Part shown: piece after piece, positions 34,670 to 48,730 of the stretch
Position numbering within the stretch: position 1 is the first letter of the stretch
Layout: each line of letters opens with the position of its first letter
Origin: Octopus bimaculoides
Lineage: Eukaryota
Reading direction: 5' to 3'
DNA: 64,000 nucleotides
Assembly (NCBI RefSeq): GCF_001194135.2
Contig: NC_068984.1
Coordinates: 6,261,058-6,325,057 of the forward strand
Notes under the pieces: model-generated
Database searches by the model: none
Told to the model about the DNA's origin: nothing
The model's input: the letters and a program-made list of their open reading frames with translations, nothing else
Program-made: the position numbers and the translations under genes

Positions 34670-34870
34670 ATTAGTGATATGGATGGCAGAATCAGTAGAG
34701 TCCCTTATGGTATTTAATTTTGCCTATTTATCTACTGATACCTGCAGGGATCATCTTTGCCCTTCATTGTTCCAGGATCAATAAAATAAGTACCAGTCAA
34801 ATGCTGAAGTCATTCGAATAGACTGTTCCCTCCCTCAAAATATGTATCCTTCTATTAATGTTAAGAATTA
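34670..34870 (+). mobile_element. SINE family B, diverged
   Basis: TGGCAGAATCAGTAGAG head; CTTTGCCCTTCATTGTTCCAGGATCAATAAAATAAGTACCAG core. Confidence 0.55.
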
Positions 34871-34916
34871 CTATTCTTATTACAGTAATGTCATGAATTT
34901 ACAAAGAATATACATA

Positions 34917-35334
34917 GGCGCAGGAGTGGCTGTGTGGTAAGTAGCTTACTTACCAACCACATGGTTCTAGGTTCAGTCCCACTGCATGGCACCTTGGGCA
35001 AGTGTCTTCTACTATAGCCTCAGGCCAACCAAAGCCTTGTGAGTGGATTTGGTAGACGGAAACTGAAAGAAGCCCGTCGTATATGTGTATATATATATAT
35101 ATATATGTATGTGTGTATGTATATGGTTGTGTGTCTGTGTTTGTCCCCCAACATCACTTGACAACCGATGCTGGTGTGTTTAAATCCCCATAACTTAGCG
35201 ATCCGGCAAAAGAGACTGATAGAATAAGTATTAGGCTTACAAAGAATAAGTCCTGGGGTCAATTTTTTCGACTAAAGCCAGTGCTCCAGCATGGCCACAG
35301 TCAAATGACTGAAACAAGTCAAAGAGTAAAAGAG
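34917..35334 (+). mobile_element. Full-length SINE family A (tRNA head, central (TA)/(TG) microsatellite, body)
   Basis: GGCGCAGGAGTGGCTGTGTGGTAAG A box, GGTTCAGTCCC B box, ends ACAAGTCAAAGAGTAAAAGAG followed by (TA)n. Confidence 0.9.
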
Positions 35335-35366
<32 letters not shown>

Positions 35367-35879
35367 AATGAATCTACAATAACAAAGGAATTGAAATGAT
35401 AAATATAAGATTGGTGGTATGTGGTGAATGCATTCATATTCTGTTCATATGAAATAATCAGTATAACATATTAATTTTTGCTATGTCATCATCTATACAT
35501 GGATCAATGGCAGGGAAATAGATAATTGAACAAAGCAATTTATCAATATACTGTGGCTATGCTATCTTTATTATAGGACATGGTGTACAAAGATTCATAA
35601 CTGAAAAGTTGTTCTTATTTCAGATATGATTATGAATCTGTTGAGGGAAATGTTCGATCAGTTTTATTATAGAAGCAATCAAACTTAATTCTTCTTCGAT
35701 AATAAGAGAGGGAATTCTCAAATAATATTGGAAGACCTACACTCAAAGCAGGATTAGAAATGCAACCTATGTACAGGAAGGTTAGATAAGAATCAGAGTG
35801 CTGTATTACTGGCTGATAGCTTATAAGATGGAAGATCAGTATGGTATGGTTTGACTTTAAATATATTCTTTATATATAT

Positions 35880-35922
35880 NNNNNNNNNNNNNNNNNNNNN
35901 NNNNNNNNNNNNNNNNNNNNNN
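35880..35922. other. Assembly gap inside (TA)n
   Basis: Run of N. Confidence 1.
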
Positions 35923-36252
35923 TATATATATATATATATATATATATTGACAAGGTATCTGCAAAATAGGTTGAGAGTCAAGTAATTCAGCTTTTTAACA
36001 CCTGTTCCAATGAATCCCAAAGTCATGAATATATCAATTTCTAAGGACAACTAAATCCTTATAACATAAAACAAAAAAATATGACATAGGGCTTAATGCT
36101 TACTAATGATATAAGCATTGGTAACAATTACTGTAGCATACTGAAGGGTTGTTACTTATTACTATTAGGAAGATGACAAGAAAAACATGCTCTACTGACA
36201 ATACTTCACCAAAGTTAACTCTTTATATATGTGCGTGAATGTATAATATATA

Positions 36253-36468
36253 TCATCATCATCATCATTATCGCTTAACGTCTGTTTTCCATGCTGGCAT
36301 AGGTTGGACGGTTCGACTGGGGTCTAGGAAGCCAGGAGGCTGCACCAGGCTCCAATCTGATCTGGCAGTGTTTCTACAGCTGGATTCCCTTCCTAACGCC
36401 AACCACTCCGGGAATGTAGTGGGTGCTTTTTATGTGCTACTGGCACAGAGGCCTGAGGAGCTATGATC
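36253..36468 (-). mobile_element. RTE LINE 3' UTR end
   Basis: (CAT)n then reverse complement of the terminal RTE segment. Confidence 0.85.
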
Positions 36469-36588
36469 TTGCATAAACCAAACTGGTAAAAGAGGTATAA
36501 GGATTATCATGAAGGAAGATGAATGAGCAGGTTGAGCAACATCAAGGAATTGACAGAGAGGAAGATTTTTTTGAGTTTGTGTGAGTGT

Positions 36589-36627
<39 letters not shown>

Positions 36628-38289
36628 CATGTTTATATATGTGTTAATGCAGATTGGTAATCTAAGGTATTCAATCCAGCTCTTTGCATTCTAAGAGCAA
36701 TACCTGATGCAATACTTATGCCAAACTGTCACTGGCCTTTCACAGTGGTTTGAAGAGGGGACAACTGCCATTCCTCAAAAAATCATGCACAGTTACAATG
36801 TCAACCTTGACTTTTGGAGGCCCTAATAAGTATATATAAATTACATGTGTATGTAAATATTACAATTCAAAACATCTGTAATGAATCCCATCAAATTCTG
36901 ACAATGTAGTCTACAATGTGTACAGATTGACATATTGACTAGTCCTGGCGTGGTTCCAGTTGATTCTCAAAGAACTTCATACCCAGAGATGTTGTACAGA
37001 CATAATTATGAGTGATTACATACAACCTTCAAAAATGATTTCCAGTGAACAAGGTTTGCTGACCTGAAACTGTCTTGTGACCTTAGTCACATATTATGAC
37101 ATGGAAGCCAAGGTACCTGGCTTGATGAGTCCTGGGGCTCAAAACAGAGCTACTACTACTGTTCTACTAGACAGGTTGTCTACATTGGGTCTTGCAGAGT
37201 CCTAATCTCTCTAGTTCATACTTTAGAATTTCTTCATAACAGTCACTGTTGTTGAGATTGTGGCAAATGGAAACATTTGTTCTCATATAAACTCCCTCTT
37301 TTCTACCCTCTAGCTTCTTTTATTGTGCTCCACAGTTTCCCCCTTCTATCTCCTTAATAGTTGTTTCTATTTGTATCTCATTCTCTTTTAATGTCTCATT
37401 GCACACTCCTGATACTTTATATTGTTGCAAGGATATCCACATAAATGGATTATAAGCCTGAATGGCTGAGATGAGTTATTATCAATATCATTGAAAGCCT
37501 TTTTCAGAGTGTTATCAGTCTGAAAAATCTTTTTGTCATTACCACATGAATGAAGTTTGTAAACTAACTCAAAAGAATGAAAGAAGAGTGAAAAATATCT
37601 GAAAGTGAATTTGGACCATGTAACATTAGCTGACAACAAAAGGCATGACAGCTATTAGAATATAGAGACATTGCCATAACTGGCTTCAAATACAGTCTAG
37701 ATATGATTTTTTTATACCAGTTAATATTGATTTCTGATAAAAGACCAATTTGCTGATAACCACTTTTTACAAGAAAAGGATGTAATTGATTGAATCAACT
37801 CTATAGTGCTCCATTTCCATCCATCTGTGGTGAATAATGGAAAATAGATACCTGTAGGATTTGAACTCTCAATACAGAAATGTTAGTGCACGTAGACCAG
37901 TGCACTAACATTTCTACCAACACGCAACACTCAAATTACTGAATCTTCAATTTCCGGGAGTAGAATCTTGTTCAATAATGGTACTTATTTAGTCAACACT
38001 AGTTGAGAATGAAAAGCAATATTGAGTTGCTCAGTAATTTGAATGGAGAAAATAAAAGGATCGAAAACAGATATGACAATGCAGTCTTCTTGCCAAGTCC
38101 ACCATGCTTATATCAGTTAATATTACAATGTAAATGAATCTCATACAGACAGGTTCTTGGAATTTCAAACCAATATCTTTATTAAATCCCTGAAGGGTTG
38201 ATTACTTTTATTCTGTTGTCATATCAGGGACAATGCTCTCAAGTTAGTTATTTCTTCACTTGCTTCTTGCTTCTTCTGCTTGAATAAGG

Positions 38290-38292
<3 letters not shown>

Positions 38293-38342
<50 letters not shown>

Positions 38343-38353
38343 CATATATATAT

Positions 38354-38408
<55 letters not shown>

Positions 38409-38410
38409 CA
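38293..38410. repeat. (TA)n-(GATA)n compound microsatellite
   Basis: Direct reading. Confidence 0.95.
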
Positions 38411-38753
38411 TTCAGCAAAAATTTAGATTCTGGTGAATATGATACCTAAGTTGAGGCACCAGAATTTAGTACGGTATTATCCATACAATTTCAAAGTAAG
38501 GTGATTGAAATCAAAATAAGCAACAAAGGTATCTAGAGGTAATGCAGAATGATCGTTTCATGCAACTCCATTTAATTGAACAATGCAATCATTACATCAA
38601 TTTAAAATGCAGAGCAATCCTCAGCTGCACAGAGACATAGAATTTAATTAAATTAGAACAGATGGACACATTAGTATAACTATACCTAAAATCTCCAAGA
38701 AGTTAAGGAGATAGACAAAGAACATGTTGCCTCTACTACAACATAGAAGTTAA

Positions 38754-39465
38754 ACTGCATGGCACCTTGGGAAAGTGTCTTCTACTATAGCCTCCATCCG
38801 ACCAAAGTCTTGTGAGTGGATTTGGTAGACAGAAATTGAAAGAAGCCCATCATGTATATATTGTCGCACTCCTTTGGTTATGACAATAAGGGTTCCAGTT
38901 GATCCAATCAATGGAACAGCCTGCTCATGAAATTAACATGCAAGTGGCTGAGCACTCCACAGACATGTGTACTCTTAACATGTTTTTTAGTGAGATTCAG
39001 CATAACACAGAGTTTAACAAGGCTGGCCCTTTGAAATACAGGTACAACAGAAAGAGGAAGAAAGAGTGAGAGAAAGTTGTGGGGAAAGAATACAGCAGGG
39101 TTCACCACCAACCCCTGCCAGAGCCTTGTGGAACTTTAGGTGTTTTCGCTGGATAAACACTCACAACGCCCGGTCTGGGAATTGAAACCACGATACTATG
39201 ACTGCGTGTCCGCTGCCCTAACCACTGGGCCATTGCGCTTCCACTATATATATATATTTGTGTGTCTATATTTGTCCCCCCCCACCATCAGTGGACAACT
39301 GATGTTGTTGTGTTTATGTCCCCATAACTTAGTGGTTTGGCAAAAGAGAATGATAAAATAAGTACTAGGATTACAAAGAATAAGTCCTGGGGTTGATTTG
39401 CTCAACTACAGGCAGTGCGCCAGCATGGCCACAGTCAAATGACTGAAACAAGTAAAAGAGTAAAG
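38754..39465 (+). mobile_element. SINE family A split by a nested SINE
   Basis: Head 38754-38860, body ~39255-39465. Confidence 0.85.
38863..39244 (-). mobile_element. tRNA(Arg)-like SINE family D nested in SINE A
   Basis: Minus head GTGGAAGCGCAATGGCCCAGTGGTTAGGGCAGCGGACACGCAG...GGTTTCAATTCCC with A and B boxes; acceptor stem does not pair, so not a tRNA gene. Confidence 0.8.
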
Positions 39466-39853
39466 AAATCGATGATTTTGGAATGGTTAGATAAATAATA
39501 ATGTTTGGCTAACAGTTTGGAAATTGCTTGAGTATTATAACAAACATCATAAAAGTGCACACAAAAGTGGCCAACTGAATGAAATCCAGTTTTATCCATC
39601 TTCAAAGAATCGCAAAGCTTACAATACAACAAGGTAGAATGAGTTGTAATAAAAATTGTTAGTAACATGGAATTTACTTTTGCAGGTAGTTATGAAAATC
39701 TAGAGATTAAAGGAGAGCATTTAATATTGCCGAAGGTAATATTATTTTTAAGCGGTCATACAGGTTTATATTTCTTTTGAAAGAGAAGAGAGAAGAATTA
39801 GGAAAGATGGGAACAGTCACTGGCTCAGAGGGAACATCGAATAAAAATATATA

Positions 39854-40413
39854 TCATCATCCTCATCATCATCATCGTTTAACGTCCATTTTCCATGCTG
39901 GCATGGGTTGGATGGTTCAACTGGGGTCTGGGAAGCCAGGAGGCTGCACCAGACTTCAGTCTGATCTGGCAGTGTTTCTACAGCTGGATGCCCTTCCTAA
40001 CACCAACCACTCTGAGTGTAGTAGGTGCTTTTTACATGCCACTGGCACAGGGGCCAGAGGAGGCCGGCGATGACCATGATCGGTTGGTGCTTTTTACGTG
40101 CCACCGGCACGGGAGCCAGTCAAGGCAGCGCTGGCATTGGCCATGTTCAGATGGTGCTTTTTATGTGCCACTGGCACGGGGATCACAACTACAATTGCCA
40201 TTTGATTTTAATTGTGATGTACTTGACTCAATAGGTCTCCTCAAGCACAGCATGTCACCCTACAATCCAAGGTACTTTTGAGTGGGCTGGGGCTGATTAT
40301 GCGACACTGGTGTAGGTTACAGCTGTGAATTCACTTTATGTGCCAGGTCTTTGCAGTCACAACATATCTCCAGAGGTTTCAGTCTTTTGTCATTGCCTCT
40401 TTGAGGCCCAAAT
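39854..40413 (-). mobile_element. RTE LINE 3' UTR and ORF2 end
   Basis: (CAT)n tail, terminal segment, several GTGCTTTTTACGTGCCAC modules. Confidence 0.85.
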
Positions 40414-40414
40414 T

Positions 40415-40620
40415 TGTATGTCTGTGTCTGTCCCACGATCATCGCTTGACAACTGATGTTGGTGTGTTTATGTCCCTGTAACTTAGTGATTTGGCAAAAG
40501 AGACCAATAGAATAAGTATTAGGCTTACAAAGACTAAGTCCTGGTGTTGATTTGTTCAACTAAAGGCAGTGCTCCAGCATGGCTGTAGTCAAAGGACTGA
40601 AACAAATAAAAGAATAAAAG
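40415..40620 (+). mobile_element. SINE family A body
   Basis: Matches 35130-35334. Confidence 0.85.
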
Positions 40621-43600
40621 AATTCGTGTTTAGAATAAAGTTCAGGGATTCTATCAATGACCTACCTTGTTGAAACAGTTGAGGGTAAGGACGAGTTTAG
40701 CTAAGCAGGATTTAGCTGCCAGGTTCAAGTGGATAGTGAAGAAATGTTTAAGGACTAAGAACCCATCGTTATGAGTGATTTTACATCATACAGGAATTTT
40801 ACATCAGCAGTGAATAGGAACTCTGAGGATTCAGCAGAATGAAAAGGAGTTGGGAAAATTGAAGACATGTTTTACATAACTGTATAGTGTTTCTTCCTTG
40901 TTGGTTCTTCTCCTTCCAATGAACATTTTTCAAAGTTGCTACTATAATTTTTGTTTTCATCTCTCTTGGACCCTTTCCACTTTCTATCACAAGCATTTGT
41001 TACCTCTTGCTCGTCCTTCATTGCTTCCAATCCCTTCTCTTCCCCAACCCTGAGTCCCAATTTATCCATCAATATACTTCTTTTCTTTCTCATGAAGGTG
41101 TTCTATCCAAAATATTAATCTTCTCTTCTTCCTCTCACAACATAAAACTTATTCTACTGTTTGAATTATTCGTATTACTTTATGTGAATTCAGAACATCA
41201 CTAGTTTTCTCACTCTACTGTTTTGCTAAGCATACATGTGTTTATTCAAAATTATCTATTACCTATTTAGACAGCAGTCAATATTGATGATTCTCTTGGT
41301 ACCTATATCAGCGACAACCAGTCAGTGCATACATTTTTATGAATAAATGTCCATATTTCTGTTTATATTTGCATCAGTGTGTTTGTCTTTCAATAACTAA
41401 AGATTCTATCTTTCACAAAATACTGAGACAAAATAAATTTTCTGAAATTTCTCAGAAAATATTTTCATTATGTATATATTTTATACATTTTTCTTTCTCA
41501 GAAAAGGGTGTTGAAATTCTATTAAATATTTACACAAAAAAGAATTAATTTCTCTTGCTTTGAATATCATTTTTCTTTTTACTTTTGTGTTATTTACGTA
41601 GATTTTTACGGAATTAGAATTGCAAAATAATCTCTGCAATACAATTTCAAAAATATTCATTGAAATCAAATTGGATGCTGTTTTTTTTTTCATTTGTTTT
41701 CTGTCTATAATTTTACATTAATCACCTTCTACCATTTAAAACTTTCAATCATTCTGTTTATATAATTAGTATAAGAGTAGCAGAAGACTAAGATGATAGA
41801 AATGGTATGCCTCAGAACTAAATATATTCAGTTTCATAACACAGAATTGTGTCTTCAAATCCTGATGCAATTTACTTTATTTCATCCAACTTAGGGTTGA
41901 TAAAAAAAAAAAAACCTGTCAGTAGTAGAGTGGAATCTAGTAGAGTGGAAACATATAAAAGCAAGAAACTTGGAGTCAGAGTGCATCTTTAAGGTTGAAT
42001 GAATAAACCCCATGTATTGAGTACTCATTCTACATACTTCACTTCCAATTGTGTGTAAAAACACTCATCTACACTCCCTAAGTATATCAGAAAAAAAAAA
42101 AACAGAATCCAAGGAGAGTGGTGGTGATTTGCACTGGCAGAACTTGTGTTATTTGGAAAAAGAGACAGAAAGACTACAGTACAATTGCCATGAGGAATGG
42201 AGTATCCAATGATTCAGACATGATCCTTCTGGGTAAATCAGATTGCCTGACAGTAGTTTCTCAAGCATTGTGGAAATAAAGTTACTGCCTTTCTATATCT
42301 CCCTGTTATCAGCTTTAACCTGAAGAAGGATTTATAACTGAAACGTTGGATATTCCATTTACCACAGCTGTTGCTTTTGTGAATGTGTGTGTATGTGGCA
42401 TGAGTGCATGTATACAAAGTTCACATAATCACATAGTTTCCCCTGTTAGGTAACCAATGCTGAGTTGAATTGGTAAATGGAAACTGCACAGAAGCTTTTC
42501 ATATATGAGTGTGCATGTGTGTGTGTGTGTGTGACAAAAGAACTCCGGCTGAAATACAATAAATGTAAAATAAAGCTGAAGCAAATTAATACCAAATATA
42601 TAGTGCGTGTGTTTTTATTGGCTAAACTGGCAACATGACCATCCCCAAATACAACAATATTTGTTTCAACACATGCTTTCACATCAAGAATCTTTCAAAA
42701 CAAATATATAACCGTACATATATATATATATCACACACACACACACACAAACACATATATATACATATATATATGTGTGTGTGTAGAAACACACACACAG
42801 GTGTGTATGATTGTGTATAGAAGAATATATTACTCAAAGAAATTCCAACTTTGTCTGGTTTTCACATTTTATTTATAATCCTATAATAATATAATATAAG
42901 ATAATATAATACAATGAAATGATAGAATATTAAATGTCCATTCTGATTAAACTAGTACTTTCATGCATTAAACTATGCAATCTTCAGGTTCATGTAGTAG
43001 TGATGACAGTTATGTTTTACAATTTACAACTGTGTGTATATATATATACATATACACATATATACATAAACATACATATATATATATATATATCATTGGG
43101 TATAGGGAATAGAATAGATACATACATGCTACATAAGTTTAATATAGATTTGAGTCCTTGTATAAATTGATCTTATGTTGTTTATTTCTTATTTCAGTGT
43201 TTTCATGTAGGACTTTCTGAGATCATTTATCTTGCTAATGATTCTTGATTGCATATCTTTAATGTTATTTTCCCCTTTTACTCCTCTTTATGCCTTGGCA
43301 CATTAGCTTCAACTTTATTACTCTGCATTGATAATATTGATCCCCTTTGTTTGCTCCACATCTCTCCCCCACTGACCACAATCTTTCCTTTAAGAAACTG
43401 ACCACCCCTTTCATCTCAAATATGGCTTTCTAGCTGATAAGGAATTTCGCTGTTTGCTTAACCAAGCCTTGCTTCCATCCATCTGTCTACTGTCTTTAGG
43501 ATAGTAATTTCTTCTTGGTTCATTAAATCTAAATACAAGTATTTGAATAAAAGGGAACTGAATGTGAATATAATGACTTAAAGTTACATAACTTATGCTT

Positions 43601-43930
43601 GGCTTTTCCTTGCTAAAATGTGTAGTACATATTAAGTTACTCCATTCCATACATCCAATGATTTTATAATCACAAAGTTAGCAATTATTGTTGCCAAAAT
43701 TTGGAGTTGTATAAAAGTGCTCATCTTGTTGAAGTTGCCATTGAATTCGATATGGAACAAAATATATAACATGCTGATTAATTAACTTTGTTGATTATGT
43801 ATTATCTGCATTGTGTTATCTATATAAGCTGTGTATATGCATGAGGCTAACAAACAGCCAGTACCAAAACAATTTTGGATTGTGCTACACAACACACACA
43901 TCTGATGTGTGTGTGTGTGTGTGCATGACT

Positions 43931-44315
43931 CTCTTTTACTTGTTTCAGTCATTTGACTGTGGCCATGCTGGAGCACAATTTTAGTTGAGCAAATCGACCC
44001 CAGGACTTATTCTTTGGAAGCCTGGTACTTATTCTATCGGTCTCTTTTGCAGACCCGCTAAGTTATGGGGATGTACACACACCAGCATCGGTTGTCAAGC
44101 GATGTTGGGGGAGGACAAATACAGACACACAAACATATGCACACACATACATATATATATATACGACGGGCTTCTTTCAGTTTCCGTCTACCAAATCCAC
44201 TTACAAGGCTTTGGTCGGCCCGAGGCTATATTAGAAGACACCTACCCAAGGTGCCATGCAGTGGGACTGAACCCGGAACCATGTGGTTGGTAAGCAAGCT
44301 ACTTACCACTCTGCA
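43931..44315 (-). mobile_element. Near full-length SINE family A
   Basis: Reverse complement of 34917-35334. Confidence 0.9.
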
Positions 44316-45244
44316 TTTTCACATATCATCTTGAGCAATATGGTGAGGTCATATTTACATTCCCTGCAAACACACTGCATCCTGTATCTCTGTGCTTTCA
44401 AAGACTAGTTGAGTATATGATATCATGAAAAACAAGTAAAGTTTGGTCACAAGAACCATAAAATATAGTCATGAATGAGTCTTTCTCTGTTCAATACATA
44501 CCAACATAGAAAAATACATGTAAAATAAATTATATATAATTTAATTATTTGGAAGTTTTTTTGCCATATTTCTCTGCTCTATTTGCTACATACATATCTT
44601 CCTATTTCAAAGCAACTTTTGCTAAGTGTATACATACACTTGCACACACACATTCACACAGATTTCCTACATAGGTATAATGTGAGTTTTTATACATACA
44701 CATAAATATATAAAAATATTGATTTTATTTTGATGAGACACATTACTAATTTGGGTTGAGAAGAGATCACAGTCATTTGACTCATCTTCAGTATATTACT
44801 GACACTTGTTCTATCAAGGCTATAATGATGAAAGGCAAAGATGACCCCAGTGGTATTTAAATCTGCAGTATAGGTTACCAAAACTAAATAATGTACAAGT
44901 ACATCATTATTCCCAGGCACATATATATATATTTACACAAAATTATGTTCTAAAACAAAGTAGTAGATTGTACCACTGTAAACAATTTTTTGCAAATGTT
45001 CAAATGTAAATATTACTTGAAAAATACTTCAAAGAAAGAAGCCTCTAAGTGGTTGCTTGATCTGTTAGCAGTAGCAGTCAAACCTCCCTTAAATCACATT
45101 CTGCCATCTTTTTAGAGAAGGAAGAATACACTCGAGGTCAGGACCAAGATAGATAAAATGTTTGAGTGAAAGTTATGATAATAATAATAAGTGCTAGAAT
45201 GGTTTTGATCACAGTTCTACTTCATCTGCTGCAACACTTGAAAG

Positions 45245-45595
45245 GTGTCTTTTACATGCCACCAGCATGAGTGCCAGTTATGTGCCACCGGCATCAGTCA
45301 TGACTAGGATTTCACTTGTCTTGGCGGGCCTTCTCAAGCATGGTACATCGCCAAAGGTCTCAGTCACTAGTCATTGCCTCCATGAGGCCCAATGTTCAAA
45401 GATCATGCTTCACTACCTTGTCCCATGTCTTCCTGGGTCTACCTCTACTGTAGGTTCCCTCCACAATTAGAGATCGGCACTTCTTTACACAACTGTCCTT
45501 GTCCATATACATCACATGACTATACCAGTGCAGTATTCTCTTTTGCTCACCACATTTCATGCCTCTTATGCCCACACAGTGTTTCATAACCCCAG
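45245..45595 (-). mobile_element. RTE LINE ORF2 C-terminus fragment
   Basis: ORF 45396-45587: LHWYSHVMYMDKDSCVKKCRSLIVEGTYSRGRPRKTWDKVVKHDL. Confidence 0.9.
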
Positions 45596-46511
45596 ACCAA
45601 AATACTGGATGTATTAGTTGTTGCTGACATTGATCATTTAATTTTTTTCTAAATTGAATATAATACTACCTGTCAATTCTGACCCTCATTTTACATTTTC
45701 CCAGGCATAGAAATATATTGCAGTAAGTAATGAAACAGTAGAATCGAAGGAAACTGGTGATGGACAGTTTTATCAGACCGTAAAACAAAAGTTTAAACAG
45801 TAAATTAAATTCTATGCCAAGACAAACAGAGACACTTATTGCTTTCCATTTACTGAAATGAAAGTCTACTAGTGAGGTTTATTGAATATGTAATGTAACT
45901 GGAATGATTTCATTCATCAGTACAACTTCCGATGGAAAAATAGTTTGAGCTATATTAGTTTCTTTCATTTAGGTACAAAGGTTGCCCTATATTTTAACAT
46001 GCCTTAGTCAATAGTGATATCAGCATGAAGTGAAGTGGTTTCAGTTGGAAACTGAAACTACATTGCTTTGGTTCACAGGGAAGTTCCTCATTGTTCAATT
46101 AAACAGATCTGTAATCATCTATAACTATCTGAGCTAGCTTTTACAAATCGTATAACAATATTAGCACTACATTATCTAATGTGTCCTGCAGCAGGGTTGT
46201 TGGAGAAATTTAGCTGCTTTTTCTAACAAGGCATGAAGCCACTTAAAAGCTTCCACATCAACTCAGCAATACATATGTAAACAATGCAATAAAAATAATG
46301 AAATGTTGCTATTTCAGCAGTAATTAGACCACACACACACACACACACACATTTTCTGGCTGATCAAGTGTGATGGAGTATATGGTAAGGTTCTTTTCAG
46401 AGTTGCAACATATTCCCATCAAAATATCATAAAACTAAAACAAACATTGTTGCCTCATTTTGAACAGTACAATATGTTAGCACGCAGAAATTCTATGCAA
46501 TATTCGTAACT

Positions 46512-46603
46512 TCATTTCCAATATACTGGAGGTTGAACCTGGTTATGTTTCTTTTGGGGTTCAGCTACTGAACCAGGTGATGTTTCTGTTTTGGCTTCTG
46601 GTA
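46512..46603 (-). CDS. Candidate terminal coding exon of an unidentified gene
   Basis: Acceptor ctaaaataactatcattcag, then (V)PEAKTETSPGSVAEPQKKHNQVQPPVYWK*; GC-richer than flanks; no homology recognised. Confidence 0.3.
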
Positions 46604-48730
46604 CTGAATGATAGTTATTTTAGGGAATATTTTGACTTTTTCATTGTATATACTCTTTCTTAAGACAATTAAAGTAAGAGGTAACATAGCTACTTTTTCA
46701 CAATGAAACATGCTACAAATATTTTCTGTTTATACTCATTCCAGACCTTTCAAAAGAGATTTTTGTAGAAGTTTATGATTCATTTTTATTCACTTACATT
46801 TCTTATTTTATAAATAGCTTATGTCTACCAATAAATCTTAGATGTTGTTGTGAGTGTTTGGGTTTAATTGAAGTCTTTATTATCGATATGTTAGGGTTGA
46901 CTTCTTTGTAATTTTGTGAGATTGTGATCCCTAAATAATGTGTAGTCTTACATACTGAATCCTATTTTTAATATAAAATGGATATTTTGACCTGCCTGTT
47001 TGCATAATCAACCTTATTTGAAACTGCTCAAGCTAATATCAAACAGCTTGTCATTATGGTTTTCCCTTCAAGTGGAGTGGTTCTGGAAGAGAAGATATTT
47101 GCTTGCATGCATTTTAATATTGAGTTCGTTCTCGTTAAGAATGAAAAATTTCCTGCTGAATTTAAAAAGCCTCTAAACTTAGAAGAATTAAAATCTAAAA
47201 TGATGTTATTTTACATTGCTGATTGCTTGTTATATTTATGAATAAGTTGATTACAACTTTTGTTGTTTACCAAATGAAGCAGGTCCAATGTATTCATAAC
47301 TGTGATGTTGATGCCACACACGTTTTAATATGCTTCATAATTATTTCAGCATACCCATAACATTTCAAGAACACTAATAATAATCAGCATTGCTCTTGCT
47401 CAGCAAGTGATTTGATCTGAGTGAGACTATGTGTTGAAATTGAAGTAGGTGTATCATGAAAGTCATTTTAGCCATGCAAAACACACAGAAACTGTTGTAT
47501 TCACTTTTTAGTTTATTTTGTGAAGTGTCAGAATCAATGCCATCCCAATGCGGCCAGATCATCTACATTCTTCCACTGCAGTTGTCTGAATTCTAGTTAA
47601 GGACAAGTCTTTATAAGCAAAAGATTTTTGCCCCAACATATTAAATTTATGGACATATGTTTGATATCTTGACACTGGCTATCTTTATGTTTCTCCAAGC
47701 AATAAGCTTCAAACAGCTGCAGTGAAACTGTATCAGGAACAAGATCAAAATATCATAACACAAATTTTGAAACCTCCCAAAATAAAAAGTGACAAGTCTT
47801 TCTTTGATTTTTTTTTTCCAGATAACTGAAAGGTTTCTTCCACAATGTAATTGATAAAGTGAAATTCAGAAAAAGTTATTATTAGCAAATACACAAGACT
47901 AAATTTCAATTGCTTTATATTTTATCACTATAGAAGTAACCTAATATTATTTTGTTTACTTGATTGTAGCACCAGTATTTTTATGAATACTATTATTGCA
48001 GTGATTATCTCTATAAACACACACACACACACACATACACATGCACACATACACACACGCACACGCATACACACACACACACACACACACACATACACTA
48101 GAAACTCTGATACATTGAATTTGATGTTTTCTTCAGTATGTCTGTGTACAGTAAGTGTCAAAGTACTAATGTAGACTTTTGATATCATTAGGGATTTTTA
48201 TAGTTTTTAATACCTTAGGATCATGAGTAAAGGTATTGAGATTGACTGTACTGACACTGAAAATGAAATCATTACTTTGCAGTACACTATTCCAGATAAA
48301 TGACTATTTAGAGATGGCACTGAATGTGTGTGTGTGTGTGGGGGGGTCCTGAAAATCTACAATTTGTATATCTAATGACATTTGTACATAAACTTATAGC
48401 ATTCTGTCAAAACTTTTCTCAAAAGCACACACCTGTAATAATTCAGAAACAGAACAGAAATGAATGATAAAAAAAGGGATTAGAGTTTTATCCTTTACAT
48501 AAGCAACTTCCTCACTTCCAACAGAATGAATGTAAACAAGGTCGGTATGATTTTTGTGATATCATGTGTTTCAAGACTAGCTGACTGATGCAGTCCTGTG
48601 TGGTACTGTGTCATATAGCAGGTTATTAGTTAACTATCCTAGGTCATTTCTGTTCTCAACAAATTTAATAGTATCTGATCATTGAGGATTATTTACCTCT
48701 GGCTTTTGTTCTTTTGTTCATGTATGTATA

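Noticed and set aside
39168-39244. tRNA-Arg gene
   Set aside because: A and B boxes present but no acceptor stem, and it continues into a SINE body. The same applies to the SINE A and B heads.
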